A DNA stretch of 63,326 nt, counting the filler, from Octopus bimaculoides (lineage: Eukaryota): assembly GCF_001194135.2 (NCBI RefSeq). It is 7 parts of 7 records of this genome, joined end to end, with 100 filler letters (N's around TTAATTAATTAA, not from the genome) between each part and the next. Parts side by side here need not be neighbours in the genome. Positions count along the whole stretch, not along the records: positions 35,908 to 53,895 come from NC_068988.1; positions 53,996 to 59,616 come from NC_069006.1; positions 59,717 to 61,849 come from NW_026310267.1; positions 61,950 to 63,326 come from NW_026383595.1; 3 more parts are not named here. The stretch is one strand, 5' to 3'. This document shows, in pieces, positions 50,091 through 63,109 of the stretch. How positions within the stretch are numbered: position 1 is the first letter of the stretch; every line of letters begins with the position of its first letter. The position numbers and the translations under genes were made by a program. Below the pieces are notes generated by a model, which was not told where the DNA came from, did not search any database, and saw only the letters and a list, made by a program, of their open reading frames with translations.

Positions 50091-53000
50091 TTAATATATT
50101 TTCCTTTTTTTTAAAAGCAATGTAGAAGCTCTTTCTAGCTGATGACATGACTGCATAAAGACGTTCTAATTTCCTAGACAGTAAAAGTGTGTATGATTTA
50201 GATGTTGCAGAGTGACAATGGAAGTTATTTAGTTTAACCCAATAGTGCCCATGGCGCTTTTTTTAAGATCAGGATAATCCATCATATTTCTGCAACACCT
50301 GTATTTTTCTGAGACATTTTTAGTTAGTCATCAAGACTAGAGTGTCTTTCAAATATTATAAAAAATTTTTTTATATATTTAGTTTGAGATAAAGTTGTAT
50401 AAAAAAGGATTTTTGGTAATAAATCAAATAAAAACATTTGGGTAAAAGTTACCTCCTTTGTCTTAGCTTAATGAATCTGTGACCCAAAGTTGCTTGTTTT
50501 TGTGGTATTAAAAAATGAGAAAAAAAATTTCTACTGGATATGATGTTAATCTACCACTGGCGAGTTTTCCAATACTGAAAAATATCTGAACTCATCTTAG
50601 CGAACCAATGTATTAATGTGTAGATTTACCAAAGTTACTATTGGCTAATATCATTTTAATGTCCACTTTTCCATGGATACCCAGACCGGATGGATTTGGT
50701 TGAGAGAGACTTTCTACAGGCGAATTCCTGTTTTCAGGCAAGATAGTATAATTTTCTTATGGCCAGACGTGTTTTCATTCAAGATTGAAAATGAATGACA
50801 CACTGCTTTTATGATACATTTTACAACTATCACATGATCTCACAAGGTCCCATCCCAGATTATATAAGAAATATATCTTCGTGGAATTTAAAACTAGACC
50901 ACCAGACACCATGGTTATCTCCCTTGTGTTTTCTTTTCCTCTCTTGTTTAAACGTCAGCTGTTCAAATGGCAAGTGAGCTTTGTTCTCAGCCAGAAAAAT
51001 GGTGAAATAAATTAATGCTTCGACCAAGAAACCCTGTGGTTTTTATCATAACACACGCATGTTTCTGTCTACGCATTCCAGACATCACGTTGTAGTTAAT
51101 TTCTGAATCCAATAACAAAATATACTCAGATAATTGGTACCCGACATGTGATGGGTTTGAACATGTTCAGATGATCTGGTAAAGTATTCCTCACATCAAG
51201 GTAAAGATCTTCGTAAACTATAAAGTGTAACAATTTTTATACAAAATATATGAAGATATTTATTTACCTCTCTAATTCTTTCTGCTATTGGCACAAGGCC
51301 GGAAATGTTTGGAGCGGTGGGTCAATCAGTTACATTGATCCCAGTGCACATATGGTATATATTTCATTGACCATGAAAGGAGTGTCTCAAGGAAAATGAG
51401 AAAATGATGTGGCCGTAAAGCTATCAGCAAATGCAGCCGTATAAACTGAGGTTGTGAAAAGTTCGTGTGAGTGCAAGATAAAAAGAGTTAGGGAGAAGAC
51501 CAATTTCTGTGTTATTCCAGACTGGAAATTTAAAAATGCAGATGTGATACTTGACAAGTGAAATATAATTCACTAATCAGAGTCGTGTGCGAGTTTTTTT
51601 TTGTTTATTCTGAAATAGTGGGGCTAATGAAATAGTGGGTACTGCTACGTATTTCGAAGTAGTTACTTCTTTAATGGTATATTTTTTTTATATTTATGAA
51701 AGAGAAGGAGCTTCATAAAACATTTCTTTACCTTATCCACGTATCTTTGTCTTTTATAAGATGTTTTGAATGAGGTTTAGCTAGTTATTCTAGACTCCCA
51801 TTATTTCAATTGTTGGAATAAAAGCCATGTGTCGCACGAGTTACATCCCTTTACATACAATTTATATTTCTTGGACGAAAGAGGGGAATCTCTTAGAAAT
51901 ACCAGGCAAATTCCCTTATCGTCGTTGAGGAAGAGAGAGAATCAATATACAAAAAGAATTCAGTATAGTCACGTCTGGAAAGCCACACGTCAAAGCAATA
52001 TCCATAATTCTAACTTCAGTGGCGTATATACGAAAACAGCCAGAGATGTTTCTTGCAATTTCAGAAAATATATTTTTATATTAAATTTGCGTTTTCTAAT
52101 TTGATAAATTCTACGGACACAAACAGAGGTGAACGAGTGATAGATAGATATATATATAGAGAGAGATGGTGAGATAGACAGACAGATAGATAGCTCCGGC
52201 TAGTCAGTAGCCAAAGAATCAACTCAAAAATTGTTTGAAAAATTTCATTCCCACCCCCAACCAAGCTATTTACATGCTAGAAATAACAGCCAAATCTCAC
52301 AAAACTAGTGTTAGGGTTAGGTTTACCCTGTGGATCTATATAAAAACCGGGGGAAAGGGAGCGAAATTTTGTGCGTTTAAATTTAAAGCATTTCCCCGCT
52401 TCATTCAATAAACAGATTTTCGTTTTCAATTCGGTATTTCATGTAAACCATAACATTTAAAAACATTTCTTTGAAATGACACAGTCAGTCTCCACATTTA
52501 CTGAAACCGCAAATCTCTATCAAACCATACACTCTCACCAAGGATGGTACACAGGATAATGTAGCCCTGAATATATATTAGCTGGGACATGAACACAAAC
52601 AAATGTAGCCAATTCGCACGTGTGACTAAAAGCAAGGTAATTACTCAGGTATTTAGATAAATAATATAAAATAATACAAATTACTGTTGACATTCAATAA
52701 CTATACATCTCTGCCCATTAATGTTTTACTGTGAATAATTTCCATAGCAATGCATGACATCAACTATAAATCAAAAATTGCAAAAATTCTGATAGAAGTT
52801 ACAAAATTATTATTTCTTACAGTTTCTGTTGTATAGCAACAATTAAGACCAGTCAATACAGAAATAACAATAATAATAAAGTAATGAATTCTCACACAGA
52901 GAATTTTTCAGAAAATTGTCAGCGGAATCTTGATATTTTGTAAGAAAAAGTTGAGTTCATTCTAAGAAACTATATACTGTCGGATGTCTGTTCCAACCTC

Positions 53001-53212
53001 TTCAAATAATGTTCATGACAGGTACAAGGCTACAATTTTAGTGGAGCGGGGAGATGGAAATAATTGATTACATCAGCCTCAGCACCTGACAAATATTAAT
53101 GTTATCAATGTCCAAAACACTGAAAAGCAAGCTCGACCTCCACGGTAAATAATAGCAATAATCTGTCATATACATAATGGTACAAGTAAATACCACGGAG
53201 TCTTTACGTGAT

Positions 53213-53578
53213 TCACTTCACATTACGCACACCAACTAGATACTTTTCGGGATATTTGCTAATCATCTCCACTGCAGTATTATACATTTCCATATCAAAA
53301 GAATCTGTCTGTTCCTTAGTGAAGAGGACATAGTCGTGGCAGTTAATGCTTGTATTTGAACTCACTTCACCAAACACCTCCGTCAGTCCACCAACGTATT
53401 CGTTCAATGGTTCAGTTAAATACACTTTCACGTTTACATTGTCGCAGGTTTTCAATTGAAAAGATAGGCCGCTGCTGTCAACTCCTTCAGCAATACCTAG
53501 TAAACAGGCTTTTCGTCCTTGAAATTTCGGCATCATACTACCGTTGATGCGAGAAATAACTTGTTTTAACGTAGACAT
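53213..53578 (-). CDS. RPA3: Replication protein A 14 kDa subunit, intronless, 121 aa
   Basis: MSTLKQVISRINGSMM...EPLNEYVGGLTEVFGEV...FDMEMYNTAVEMISKYP aligns with human RPA3 (RINAGML, EPLDEEISGIVEVVGRV, FDLGLYNEAVKII). The ATG at 53578 gives the expected length; the frame is uninterrupted. Confidence 0.92.
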   Translation of the reverse strand: MSTLKQVISRINGSMMPKFQGRKACLLGIAEGVDSSGLSFQLKTCDNVNVKVYLTEPLNEYVGGLTEVFGEVSSNTSINCHDYVLFTKEQTDSFDMEMYNTAVEMISKYPEKYLVGVRNVK

Positions 53579-53642
53579 TATTGGTCCGAACAGTGAACGA
53601 AGTAGAAAACTATTAAGATGGATCAAAACTTCCTTCGTGTTG

Positions 53643-53875
53643 TGGCGGGAAATTATAACTTATCTCCCTTGGTACCTTCCTCTTTTTGGTTTTATAATTT
53701 TCTGGCGGGAAATTTGTTTAGCATTGTATGTATTACAGCTTTTAACCTTAAGATATTTACTTGAATACAGATCTCCTTTTGCTTTCTCTTTTTTTCTTTC
53801 TTTCTTTGCTGATGTTTGTGTTTTCTCCGGTTTTGGAGTTGTATTATAATGTGGTTTCGTATTATAAGCGGAAGT
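53643..53875 (-). promoter_or_regulatory. RPA3 promoter: two E2F sites and an ETS-type site
   Basis: TTTCCCGCCA (minus strand) at 53643-53652 and 53703-53712; CGGAAGT at 53869-53875. E2F control of DNA-replication genes is established. Confidence 0.7.
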
Positions 53876-54339
53876 AAAATTGGGAGGGGGGGGGGNNNNN
53901 NNNNNNNNNNNNNNNNNNNNNNNNNNNNNNNNNNNNNNNTTAATTAATTAANNNNNNNNNNNNNNNNNNNNNNNNNNNNNNNNNNNNNNNNNNNNGGGCT
54001 GAAATGTATTAAAGAACATATACGATGGGCTTCTTTCAGTTTCCGTCCAACAAATCCACTCATAAGGCTTTGGTTAGTCTGAGGCTATAGTAAAAAACAC
54101 TTGCCTAAAGTGCCATGCAGTGGGACTGAACCCGGAACCATATAGGTGGGAAACAAACTTCTTACCAAACAGCCATGCTTTAGTGGAGTTGCCAGTTTAG
54201 TTGCCGACGATACGACCATGCAGCACACACACGGGCACACACACACATACATACATAAATACATACACACACACATACATTTACATATTCACCTATACAT
54301 GCGTACACACACAAACACACATACGCACACACACACACA

Positions 54340-54905
54340 CAAAGCCTGAAGTTTTAGGGAAAGGAACTGGTCAACTGCAGTCACCCCAGTGTTCATTTGG
54401 AACCTCAGCAGACTTTGAACTCAGAACATAAAGAGCCGGAAGAAATTGCGCTAAACATTTAGTCTGGTGTGTTAACTATTCTGCCAGCTCGACACCTTAA
54501 TAATAATAATAATCCTTTCTGCTGAAGGCACAAAGCCTTAAATTTGGGGAAAGGGGTCTAGTCGATTTCACCGACCCCAGTATCTCACTGGTACTTAATT
54601 TATCGACCCCGCAAGGATGAAAGGCAAGAACGACCTCGACGGAATTTGAACTCAGAAAATGAAAACAGACGAAATACCGCGAAGAATTTTGTCCGGCATA
54701 TTAACGATTCTGCCAGCTTTCTACCTTTGGTTTCAAATTTTGAAACAAGGCCTGCAAGTTCGGGGAAGGGGTTAAGTCGATTAGATCGACCCCAGTGCTC
54801 AATTAGTACTTATTTTATCGACCCCGAAAAGATGAAAAGCAAAATCGTCCTCGGCAGAACTTGAACTCAGAAAGCAAAAACAGACGAAACGCCGCAAAGC
54901 ATTTC
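54340..54905 (-). mobile_element. Three tandem SINE family B copies
   Basis: Repeated ccccagt...atcgacccc...gatgaaag...gaactcagaa blocks. Confidence 0.8.
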
Positions 54906-56064
54906 TTTTGATATCTTGCCATTTAATCAAAACAGTACTTTTACACACAATTTTCTTATTTTCCTGATAGCTTGGCATTTTTTTTTATTGTTTCTTCTTC
55001 GCATGAATGCATTTATTAGTAGTTAGGTTACATCGAATTTATTATTTAAATGAATTTTGAAAGCATTACTTATTTACCTTCTTTTCAAACGCTTGACAGA
55101 TATGATGTGTATTATAGTTTAAGGAAATAAAAGATGAATTAAAAAGATAAAACTTATTCATATATATTTATTAAATGTTTATTATTTACAATCTTAATTA
55201 TGCATTTACAAAGTAAATGAATAAACACAGACTATAGTTGATATGATTATGATATTTATTTAAGAAAAGCATGAGGCTACTCCTTGAATTAGACGCAAAC
55301 ATTCAACATAACAAATAGGACAATACAAACTCTATGTGTAAACAGAGATATTAAACATGAACTAATTTAAATGTGTATGAAATAGGCATTGTATGTGAGC
55401 ACAGAAAATACTCAGACGCCGGAGTGGCTCTGTGGTAAGAAGCTCGCTTTCCAACCACATGGTACCGGCTTCCAATTACCAACAGAGCTCAATCCGAGTT
55501 ATTTACCAATTGAATTTATTTTCATTTCTTTTAATTTCACTTCAGTTCAGTGATCTATCTGTTTGTATATCTGTTAATATATCTCTATTTTGCCTATAAC
55601 TTCAGATATATCGGTAGGCTTGCCTGCCTGCCTTGTCTCTCTGTCTGTCTGAGTAATTATCATATCTACATTCCTTTCTACCGATGTGTCTGTTTACCAT
55701 CATAATACCGATAAGCATTTAACCCTAATAACAATAAATAAATAAAAAAAACAGCGTTGCTTCAGCATGGCCACAGGTTTTGATCTAGGACATGTAAAAG
55801 ATAAAAGATAACTTCCACTGCTATTTGCTAACTAATGTTATTTCATTTATTTGACAGATATGATTTGCTTTATACAATAGTTTAAGGAAATAAAAGATGA
55901 ATTAAAAAGATAATAAAACTTGTTCATATACATTGATTAAACGTCTATTATTTACAAACAATTGCAGCGTAGAAGATGTTTGTAAACCATTTAAAAACAC
56001 ACAAAAACCGTTAGATTGAATTTACCAAAATATTTTCGGTCTCGAAGCGACGAAAATATTTCTA

Positions 56065-56290
56065 TTATAGGCACAAGGCCTGAAATTAAAAAAATTTTTT
56101 TTGTGGGGGAGGGTTAGTCGATTACATCGACACCAGTGTTTCATTGGTACTTAATTTATTGACCGCGAAAGGATGAAAGGCAAAGTCAACCTCGGCGGAA
56201 TTTCAACTCAGAACATAAAGACAGAACATAAGGATAGAACAAGAAAACTGACGAAACCGCGCTAAGTATTTTTATCAGGCGTGCTTAATG
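56065..56290 (-). mobile_element. SINE family B copy
   Basis: ataggcacaaggcctgaaatt...ggcggaatttcaactcagaac. Confidence 0.8.
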
Positions 56291-56866
56291 CCTTAGCTCT
56301 ATCCCTGTAACTTTAACTTTTAAAAAGTTTGATAATCAAAAGTTATGATTACAATGTCCGAATGATTACGTAACAAAGAAGTCTTATGACATCACAACTT
56401 ACTAAGATGGAGATGAAATCGAAAAAACAAAAAAATAAAATAAATAGACCTTGAGAAGAAAAAGAAAGCAAAATATCCTTTCAACTTGGTTTTTAATTAT
56501 TTGAAAGAGAGCTGTAATAAACAGTATGTGCATAATATTCTTGAAGTTTAATGGAAATGTTTGTCTCTGTGTTACATTGTCAAAATGAAGTGATTTATTT
56601 GAACGGAAATTGTCGAGTGAGAGCCATAAAACACCACTTGCGACAAAGATGTCCCTTTATTATATCTAATGCTATCGATCTTATCGATACGGTGGGTAAA
56701 CTACTTCATCTCAGTTGGATATCGGACGTTATGAATGCCAGGATACTTTTCGAAGACCAGACGCTTTACATACTCGTAATATTGAGAATGGAACCAGATG
56801 TAAAAGTGAGTGCAGTTATTGCTATTGGTGTTTGTGTTGTTGCTGTTGTTGTTGTGATTTCTGTAA

Positions 56867-57165
56867 GAATCGTTAGCGAACCGGGCGAAATGCTTAGCGG
56901 TATTTCGTCTGTCTTTATGTTCTGAGTTGAAATTCCGCCGAGGTCGACTTTGCCTTTCATCCTTTCGGGGTCGATAAATTAAGTAGCAGTTGCGTACTGA
57001 GGTCGATCTAGTCGACTAGCCCTCTCTCCCCAAAAATTTCGGGCCTTGTGCCTAGAATAGAAAAGATTATTGCGATTGTTGTTGTTGTTGTTTTTTAAGG
57101 CGGTGAGCTGGCAGAAGCGTTAGCATGCCGGACGAAATGCTTACCGACATTTCTTCCGGTTCGTT
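56867..57165 (+). mobile_element. SINE family B full copy plus a second head
   Basis: gaatcgttagc...ttctgagttgaaattccgccgaggtcgactttgcctttcatcc...gggccttgtgcctag; a new head begins at about 57097. Confidence 0.85.
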
Positions 57166-57169
57166 ATAT

Positions 57170-58015
57170 ATTCCACAAACACTCTCCAACCTTTCCTATC
57201 GTTTATAAACTCTCTTGCCTCTCTCACTCCAAACACCTCTAACCGCCGAAGCTTTCCTCACTCCATCCATCCACACAAACCGAGGTCTGCCTCTGGTTCT
57301 GCTGCCTACCACTTCTGCCCTCATCATCCTCCTTACTATCCGCTCCTCTTCCATCCTCTCCATGTGGCCAAACCACCTCAACATTCATCTATCCAATTTG
57401 GTTGTTAGTTTTTCTCCCATTCCTGCTNNNNNNNNNNNNNNNNNNNNNNNNNNNNNNNNNNNNNNNNNNNNNNNNNNNNNNNNNNNNNNNNNNNNNNNNN
57501 NNNNNNNNNNNNNNNNNNNNNNNNNNNNNNNNNNNNNNNNNNNCCATCCGTGTCACACCAACCATAGCCCTCAGACATCTCATCTCAAACACATCCAGTC
57601 GCCTCCTTTCCGCCTCTCTCATACCCCACCTTTCTACACCATATAACGTTGTCGGCACAATCACGCCCTCATACACACCTCTTTTCGCTTTCATACTCAA
57701 CCTTTTATCTCTCAGCATACCTTTCACAACACCAAGTGTCTTACTCCTCTCCCTCACTCTGTATCCCACTTCCTCAGCCTACCCGCCGCAACCACCGTCA
57801 CATGTGACTCCAGATACTTAAAAACACTCACCTTCTCTAACATCCCATCATTTATACCCACATCCATCCTACCAGCCATTTCATCTCTCAAACATCTCAT
57901 CACCTTACTCTTAGCTACTTTCACTTTCAGTTTCTTCCTCTTACACACTCTTCCAAACTCTATCACCAGTCTCCTCAGTTTCCCTTTCGAATATGCCACC
58001 GGCACTGTATCATCA
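57170..58015 (-). mobile_element. 5'-truncated RTE-type LINE (RT C-terminal half to 3' end)
   Basis: DDTV...LRRLVIEFGRVCKRKKLKV...VFKYL, VIVPTTLYGVERW, LRWFGHMERM and GRPR motifs; more GC-rich than its surroundings. Confidence 0.88.
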
Positions 58016-59171
58016 TGTTGTTGGCTCTTTAAGCCTGATCGAGCAGATCAATGTTCAAAGATATTCCAAACACGACCACGTCGTCTATTCTCCAAACGCA
58101 ATGCACGTAGGAGCATATTGTATAATAGGACCGCTCTTTCTTAACACAGTAGGATTTGAGAAGTTTCGCTGCTATTTCTAGCAGATCGAATGAGCGCGTT
58201 ACAACTTCCTCGTTGTCTCAGGTTATTGCTTTAGAAATTGTTATTGTTGCTTCTGTTGTCGTTGTTATTGGAATTGTTTTTGTTGTGATTGCTGCTTTTG
58301 TATTCTCCGACATACAAAAAGACGAGATGTTCATTGGCCGGAACGCATTTCATCATAATTCTGCTGGACTAGAGTTTATTTGGGGCAAAATTTTAAGCTG
58401 ACAACGATATCACTCAAAAGAAAATCAGATGTATTGTAGAACTGTCGTCATTAGAGGAAGTTTCTCTTGGACTGATTCCACGAATCAGAAAATCCAAGGT
58501 TTGTCAATTCAAATGTACAGCCACCAGATGTCGCAAAGGTTGCATAGTAATTACCTCACAGTGACCACATTTCTTGATCAGCGAAAATCACCATATCTAG
58601 AGTGTATGTATGTATGTATGTATGTATGTATGTGGGTGTGCCTCTATGTACGTATGTATATGTGTATGTATATGTGTATGTATGTGTGTATGTATGCATG
58701 TATTTATGTCTGTGGGTGTGCCTGTATGTATGTATGTATGTATGTATGTATGTATGAATATATGAATATATGCATATATAGACAAATGTGTGATTCCTAC
58801 AATTAAGATTTAGTCTAAATTTGACGAAGATTTGGCTGCTATTTCTCTCGGGCTGAGTGGACATTTAGAGGCTTTACTGAGCAGTGATGTGTATTAAGGT
58901 GGTACTGTAGCTGTGATTGATAAGATGGAGGTGTGCCAACCCTAACTCGACCAGCTATGTCTGTTGTACTTTTATTTTTGTCGTTATCTTCTTCTAAAGT
59001 ACAATTTAGGTTGAGCTGAAACATTTCTTACAAGGCACGTTCAGGTACAACAACAGCAACAATAACAACCACCACCACCACAACCACCACCATCACCTCA
59101 AATTTCGGCCGGTTACGCTGTATTAAATCTCTGAGCGAGATATAAACAGCAGCAATGCAGAATCGTAACAT

Positions 59172-59493
59172 ATAATTGCCAACCAAGTGTGGCGTCCTAT
59201 ACTGGACAGTGCTACTGACATTTATAGCCCCAGGAAGACATCTCTTCCAGTTGGCTAACGACAAATATTCTGAGTCCGATTAATATTTGCGAGGGGAGGT
59301 CATCGCTCCCATCTCTAGCCTTACGTGATACACACGGTCTCGAGTTTTCTGGGTTGGGTGGTTACCCGTTCTCAGCGTGTGTTAATCGCACACAGAATGT
59401 GTGTCGTTTGCCAGCGGGAAGAGATGTCTCCCTGGGGCTATAGACATCAGTAGTACTGTCCAGTATAGGACACCACACTTGGTTGACAATTGT
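59172..59493. mobile_element. Foldback element with 101-bp arms (about 87% identical)
   Basis: 59172-59272 versus the reverse complement of 59393-59493: 13 mismatches counted, 10 of them transitions. Confidence 0.8.
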
Positions 59494-61714
59494 NNNNNNN
59501 NNNATGTGTATGTATATGTGTATGTATGTGTGTATGTATGCATGTATTTATGTGTGTGGGTGTGCCTGTATGTATGTATGTATGTATGTATGTATGAATA
59601 TATGAATATATGCATANNNNNNNNNNNNNNNNNNNNNNNNNNNNNNNNNNNNNNNNNNNNTTAATTAATTAANNNNNNNNNNNNNNNNNNNNNNNNNNNN
59701 NNNNNNNNNNNNNNNNTTTTTTTTTTTTATAATTACTATATACTAAGAAATTAACAAATTGCTTGACAAATGACACAATCTGAATATGGCTGAAAAAGTA
59801 TGATGAGACCTAGTTAGAAAAGGATAATTAGGCGAGAAGCAGGTCAAACCTATGAAGCAAGTTAGACACACTTGCTTGACGCCCCAAATTAAGATGGTGC
59901 TGCCGATCTCGGATGAAGGACTTAAGGTCAAAAACTAGTCAGCCAGAAGCCATCGAGAGGAAGGTCCCGAAGTCGTATGCATTCTCTAATGGCGACCCTT
60001 GAAACCTACTGGCGTCCAGTCATTAGAGCTCTCAATGCTTGACAAGCAAGTAGCTTGCAAATCTCAAAAAAATTAACACATTGCTTAACAAATGGCACGA
60101 TTTAGTAGAACCCTTCGGAACTCGAAAACTAACCACCTGTAACTGATTGCTTTCTTTTGTGCGTGCTAATGGAGCAGCGGGATGATTCTTTATAACGAGG
60201 AGGAACAGGCAACAAAAATTGCTGTGCTTGTTGTTGTTGGTGTTGGTGGTGGTGGTGGGGTCTTTTGTTGGCTGTTAAAATATAAGCTCGTCATAACGAG
60301 CTTTCATTCAGAAATAAATATACATACATATATCTACTTGATTGCACACACAAACGCGTGTGCGCCCATATATATATANNNNNNNNNNNNNNNNNNNNNN
60401 NNNNNNNNNNNNNNNNNNNNNNNNNNNNNNNNNNNNNNNNNNNNNNNNNNNNNNNNNNNNNNNNNNNNNNNNNNNNNNNNNNNNNNNNNNNNNNNNNNNN
60501 NNNNNNNNNNNNNNNNNNNNNNNNNNNNNNNNNNNNNNNNNNNNNNNNNNNNNNNNNNNNNNNNNNNNNNNNNNNNNNNNNNNNNNNNNNNNNNNNNNNN
60601 NNNNNNNNNNNNNNNNNNNNNNNNNNNNNNNNNNNNNNNNNNNNNNNNNNNNNNNNNNNNNNNNNNNNNNNNNNNNNNNNNNNNNNNNNNNNNNNNNNNN
60701 NNNNNNNNNNNNNNNNNNNNNNNNNNNNNNNNNNNNNNNNNNNNNNNNNNNNNNNNNNNNNNNNNNNNNNNNNNNNNNNNNNNNNNNNNNNNNNNNNNNN
60801 NNNNNNNNNNNNNNNNNNNNNNNNNNNNNNNNNNNNNNNNNNNNNNNNNNNNNNNNNNNNNNNNNNNNNNNNNNNNNNNNNNNNNNNNNNNNNNNNNNNN
60901 NNNNNNNNNNNNNNNNNNNNNNNNNNNNNNNNNNNNNNNNNNNNNNNNNNNNNNNNNNNNNNNNNNNNNNNNNNNNNNNNNNNNNNNNNNNNNNNNNNNN
61001 NNNNNNNNNNNNNNNNNNNNNNNNNNNNNNNNNNNNNNNNNNNNNNNNNNNNNNNNNNNNNNNNNNNNNNNNNNNNNNNNNNNNNNNNNNNNNNNNNNNN
61101 NNNNNNNNNNNNNNNNNNNNNNNNNNNNNNNNNNNNNNNNNNNNNNNNNNNNNNNNNNNNNNNNNNNNNNNNNNNNNNNNNNNNNNNNNNNNNNNNNNNN
61201 NNNNNNNNNNNNNNNNNNNNNNNNNNNNNNNNNNNNNNNNNNNNNNNNNNNNNNNNNNNNNNNNNNNNNNNNNNNNNNNNNNNNNNNNNNNNNNNNNNNN
61301 NNNNNNNNNNNNNNNNCTCCACTTCGATTTTTGCTAAGATTTATGTGCAGGCTTTCTCTCTTTATCGATGTTTGTTAGAGTTTTGTGTCGCTTGTATTTT
61401 TATTATCTTAAAGTAATTAGATAAAGCAAAGTAAACATCTATTTTCGGTTTGATGGTTACCACTAATGAAAGTAAACATTTGTTACCTTCCACGTTGTTT
61501 TATAACGACGGTCATGGTTCCATGAACTTCACAAGAAGATCTAAAATATATAGAACTGGGGATTTCATCCATTAACCATTTAACAGAAAATACACACTTA
61601 GAATCTGTAAAATAGGTCGGCAACGGTATATAGCAACCAAATCTCCCTACAATCACATTTTCATCTTAAAAACGGAAGGGGGGACACATTGTATTAAGTA
61701 TTCCTCGATGCACT

Positions 61715-61849
61715 TCGCAGGAGTGGCTGTAGGGTAAGTAGCTTGCTTATCGACCACATGGTTCTGGGTTCAGTCCCACTGCGTGGCAACTTGGACAACT
61801 GTCTTCTACTATAGTCTCGGGCAGACCAAAGCCTTGTGAGTGGATTTGG
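61715..61849 (+). mobile_element. SINE family A head
   Basis: gcaggagtggctgtagggtaagtagcttgct...gggttcagtcccactgcgtggc...gccttgtgagtggatttgg. Confidence 0.85.
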
Positions 61850-63109
61850 NNNNNNNNNNNNNNNNNNNNNNNNNNNNNNNNNNNNNNNNNNNNTTAATTA
61901 ATTAANNNNNNNNNNNNNNNNNNNNNNNNNNNNNNNNNNNNNNNNNNNNACACACACACACACACACACATATATAAGAGAAAGAGGGAGTATATTTGTA
62001 TCCGAGACATATTCAACAAATTTTCACTCGTTGTCAGATTACACACACACACAAACATGTATATTAAGTATTCTCTTCAATGGTCTTCTTTTTGATATTC
62101 TTCAAAATAATTCTAGCTGTGTTTCTTTTAATTCTGTTAAGCAGTATATGTAACTCTCAAAGTAAACAATATTCGATTCATTATAATACCTGCAGGACTT
62201 TCACAAGGTAGAGATAATTTCAATGGTTCGTTAACCCATTTACACATGCAATTCACATGCTGGAAAATACAACTTACATCTATTTCCTCAGTCTCCTTTT
62301 TGGATTTCTCTATCTACAACAAAAAATACTTTTTGTAATACAAAGCACAATCCTTATAACATTCCAGTTATGTTTCAAAATCTTTATTTCACAAAATTAA
62401 GTCAACCCACAGTGATCCCTAACTGCTTAGCTCAACTTAATATTATAATTATTGCTTTCAGAAAATTTCCCAAAACATTGTACAAGTAGTATTTCTCTCT
62501 TATAATAACAGTCGTAAAATATTCCTTTCCGCACAAGGCATTATTCAATGTGATGACATTTATTAAAGTAGTAACATTTTAACAAGTGTTTGCTATGAAG
62601 CATTAATTACTATATCAAGTTTAATTCTAGCAGATTTGTAATATTTCTTCTTGAAACATCTATTAATGTCAGTGACTACTAATTATAAAACAATTATTCA
62701 CATATCTAGTTTGTTTTCTCTTCAATAAAGATATACAAACACAGAAATGTTTCCTGTGAGCTATAGAAACATTGTTCTCCTGAAAATCTTGCCATAATAT
62801 GGAATATTGTAGCATGAAACCTATTTTCCTTTTGACATCCAAGTTATATGGAAGTTACATAAACACAAAAATAAGAGAAAATAATATTATGTAAGTTGAC
62901 ATTAACACAATATTTTTATGAATGCAATGTTTCTTTCTACAATGTATGAAATGCCTATACACATACATACACACACACACATATATATATATATATATGT
63001 ATGTGGAGTGTTCAGCAACTTGCACGTTAATTTCACAAGCAGGCTGTTCCATTCTTTGGATCAACTGAAACACTCATTATTGTAACTGACAGAGTGTCAG
63101 TATAGTATA

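Noticed and set aside
53579-53626. 16-aa N-terminal extension of RPA3 from the ORF track
   Set aside because: The ATG at 53578 gives the conserved 121-aa length; the extension has no homology.
58600-59616. Duplicated (TATG)n block at 58600-58790 and 59505-59616
   Set aside because: Low complexity, and the second copy is isolated between gaps; probably an assembly duplicate.
496-61416. ORFs containing long X runs
   Set aside because: They stay open only because of N gaps.
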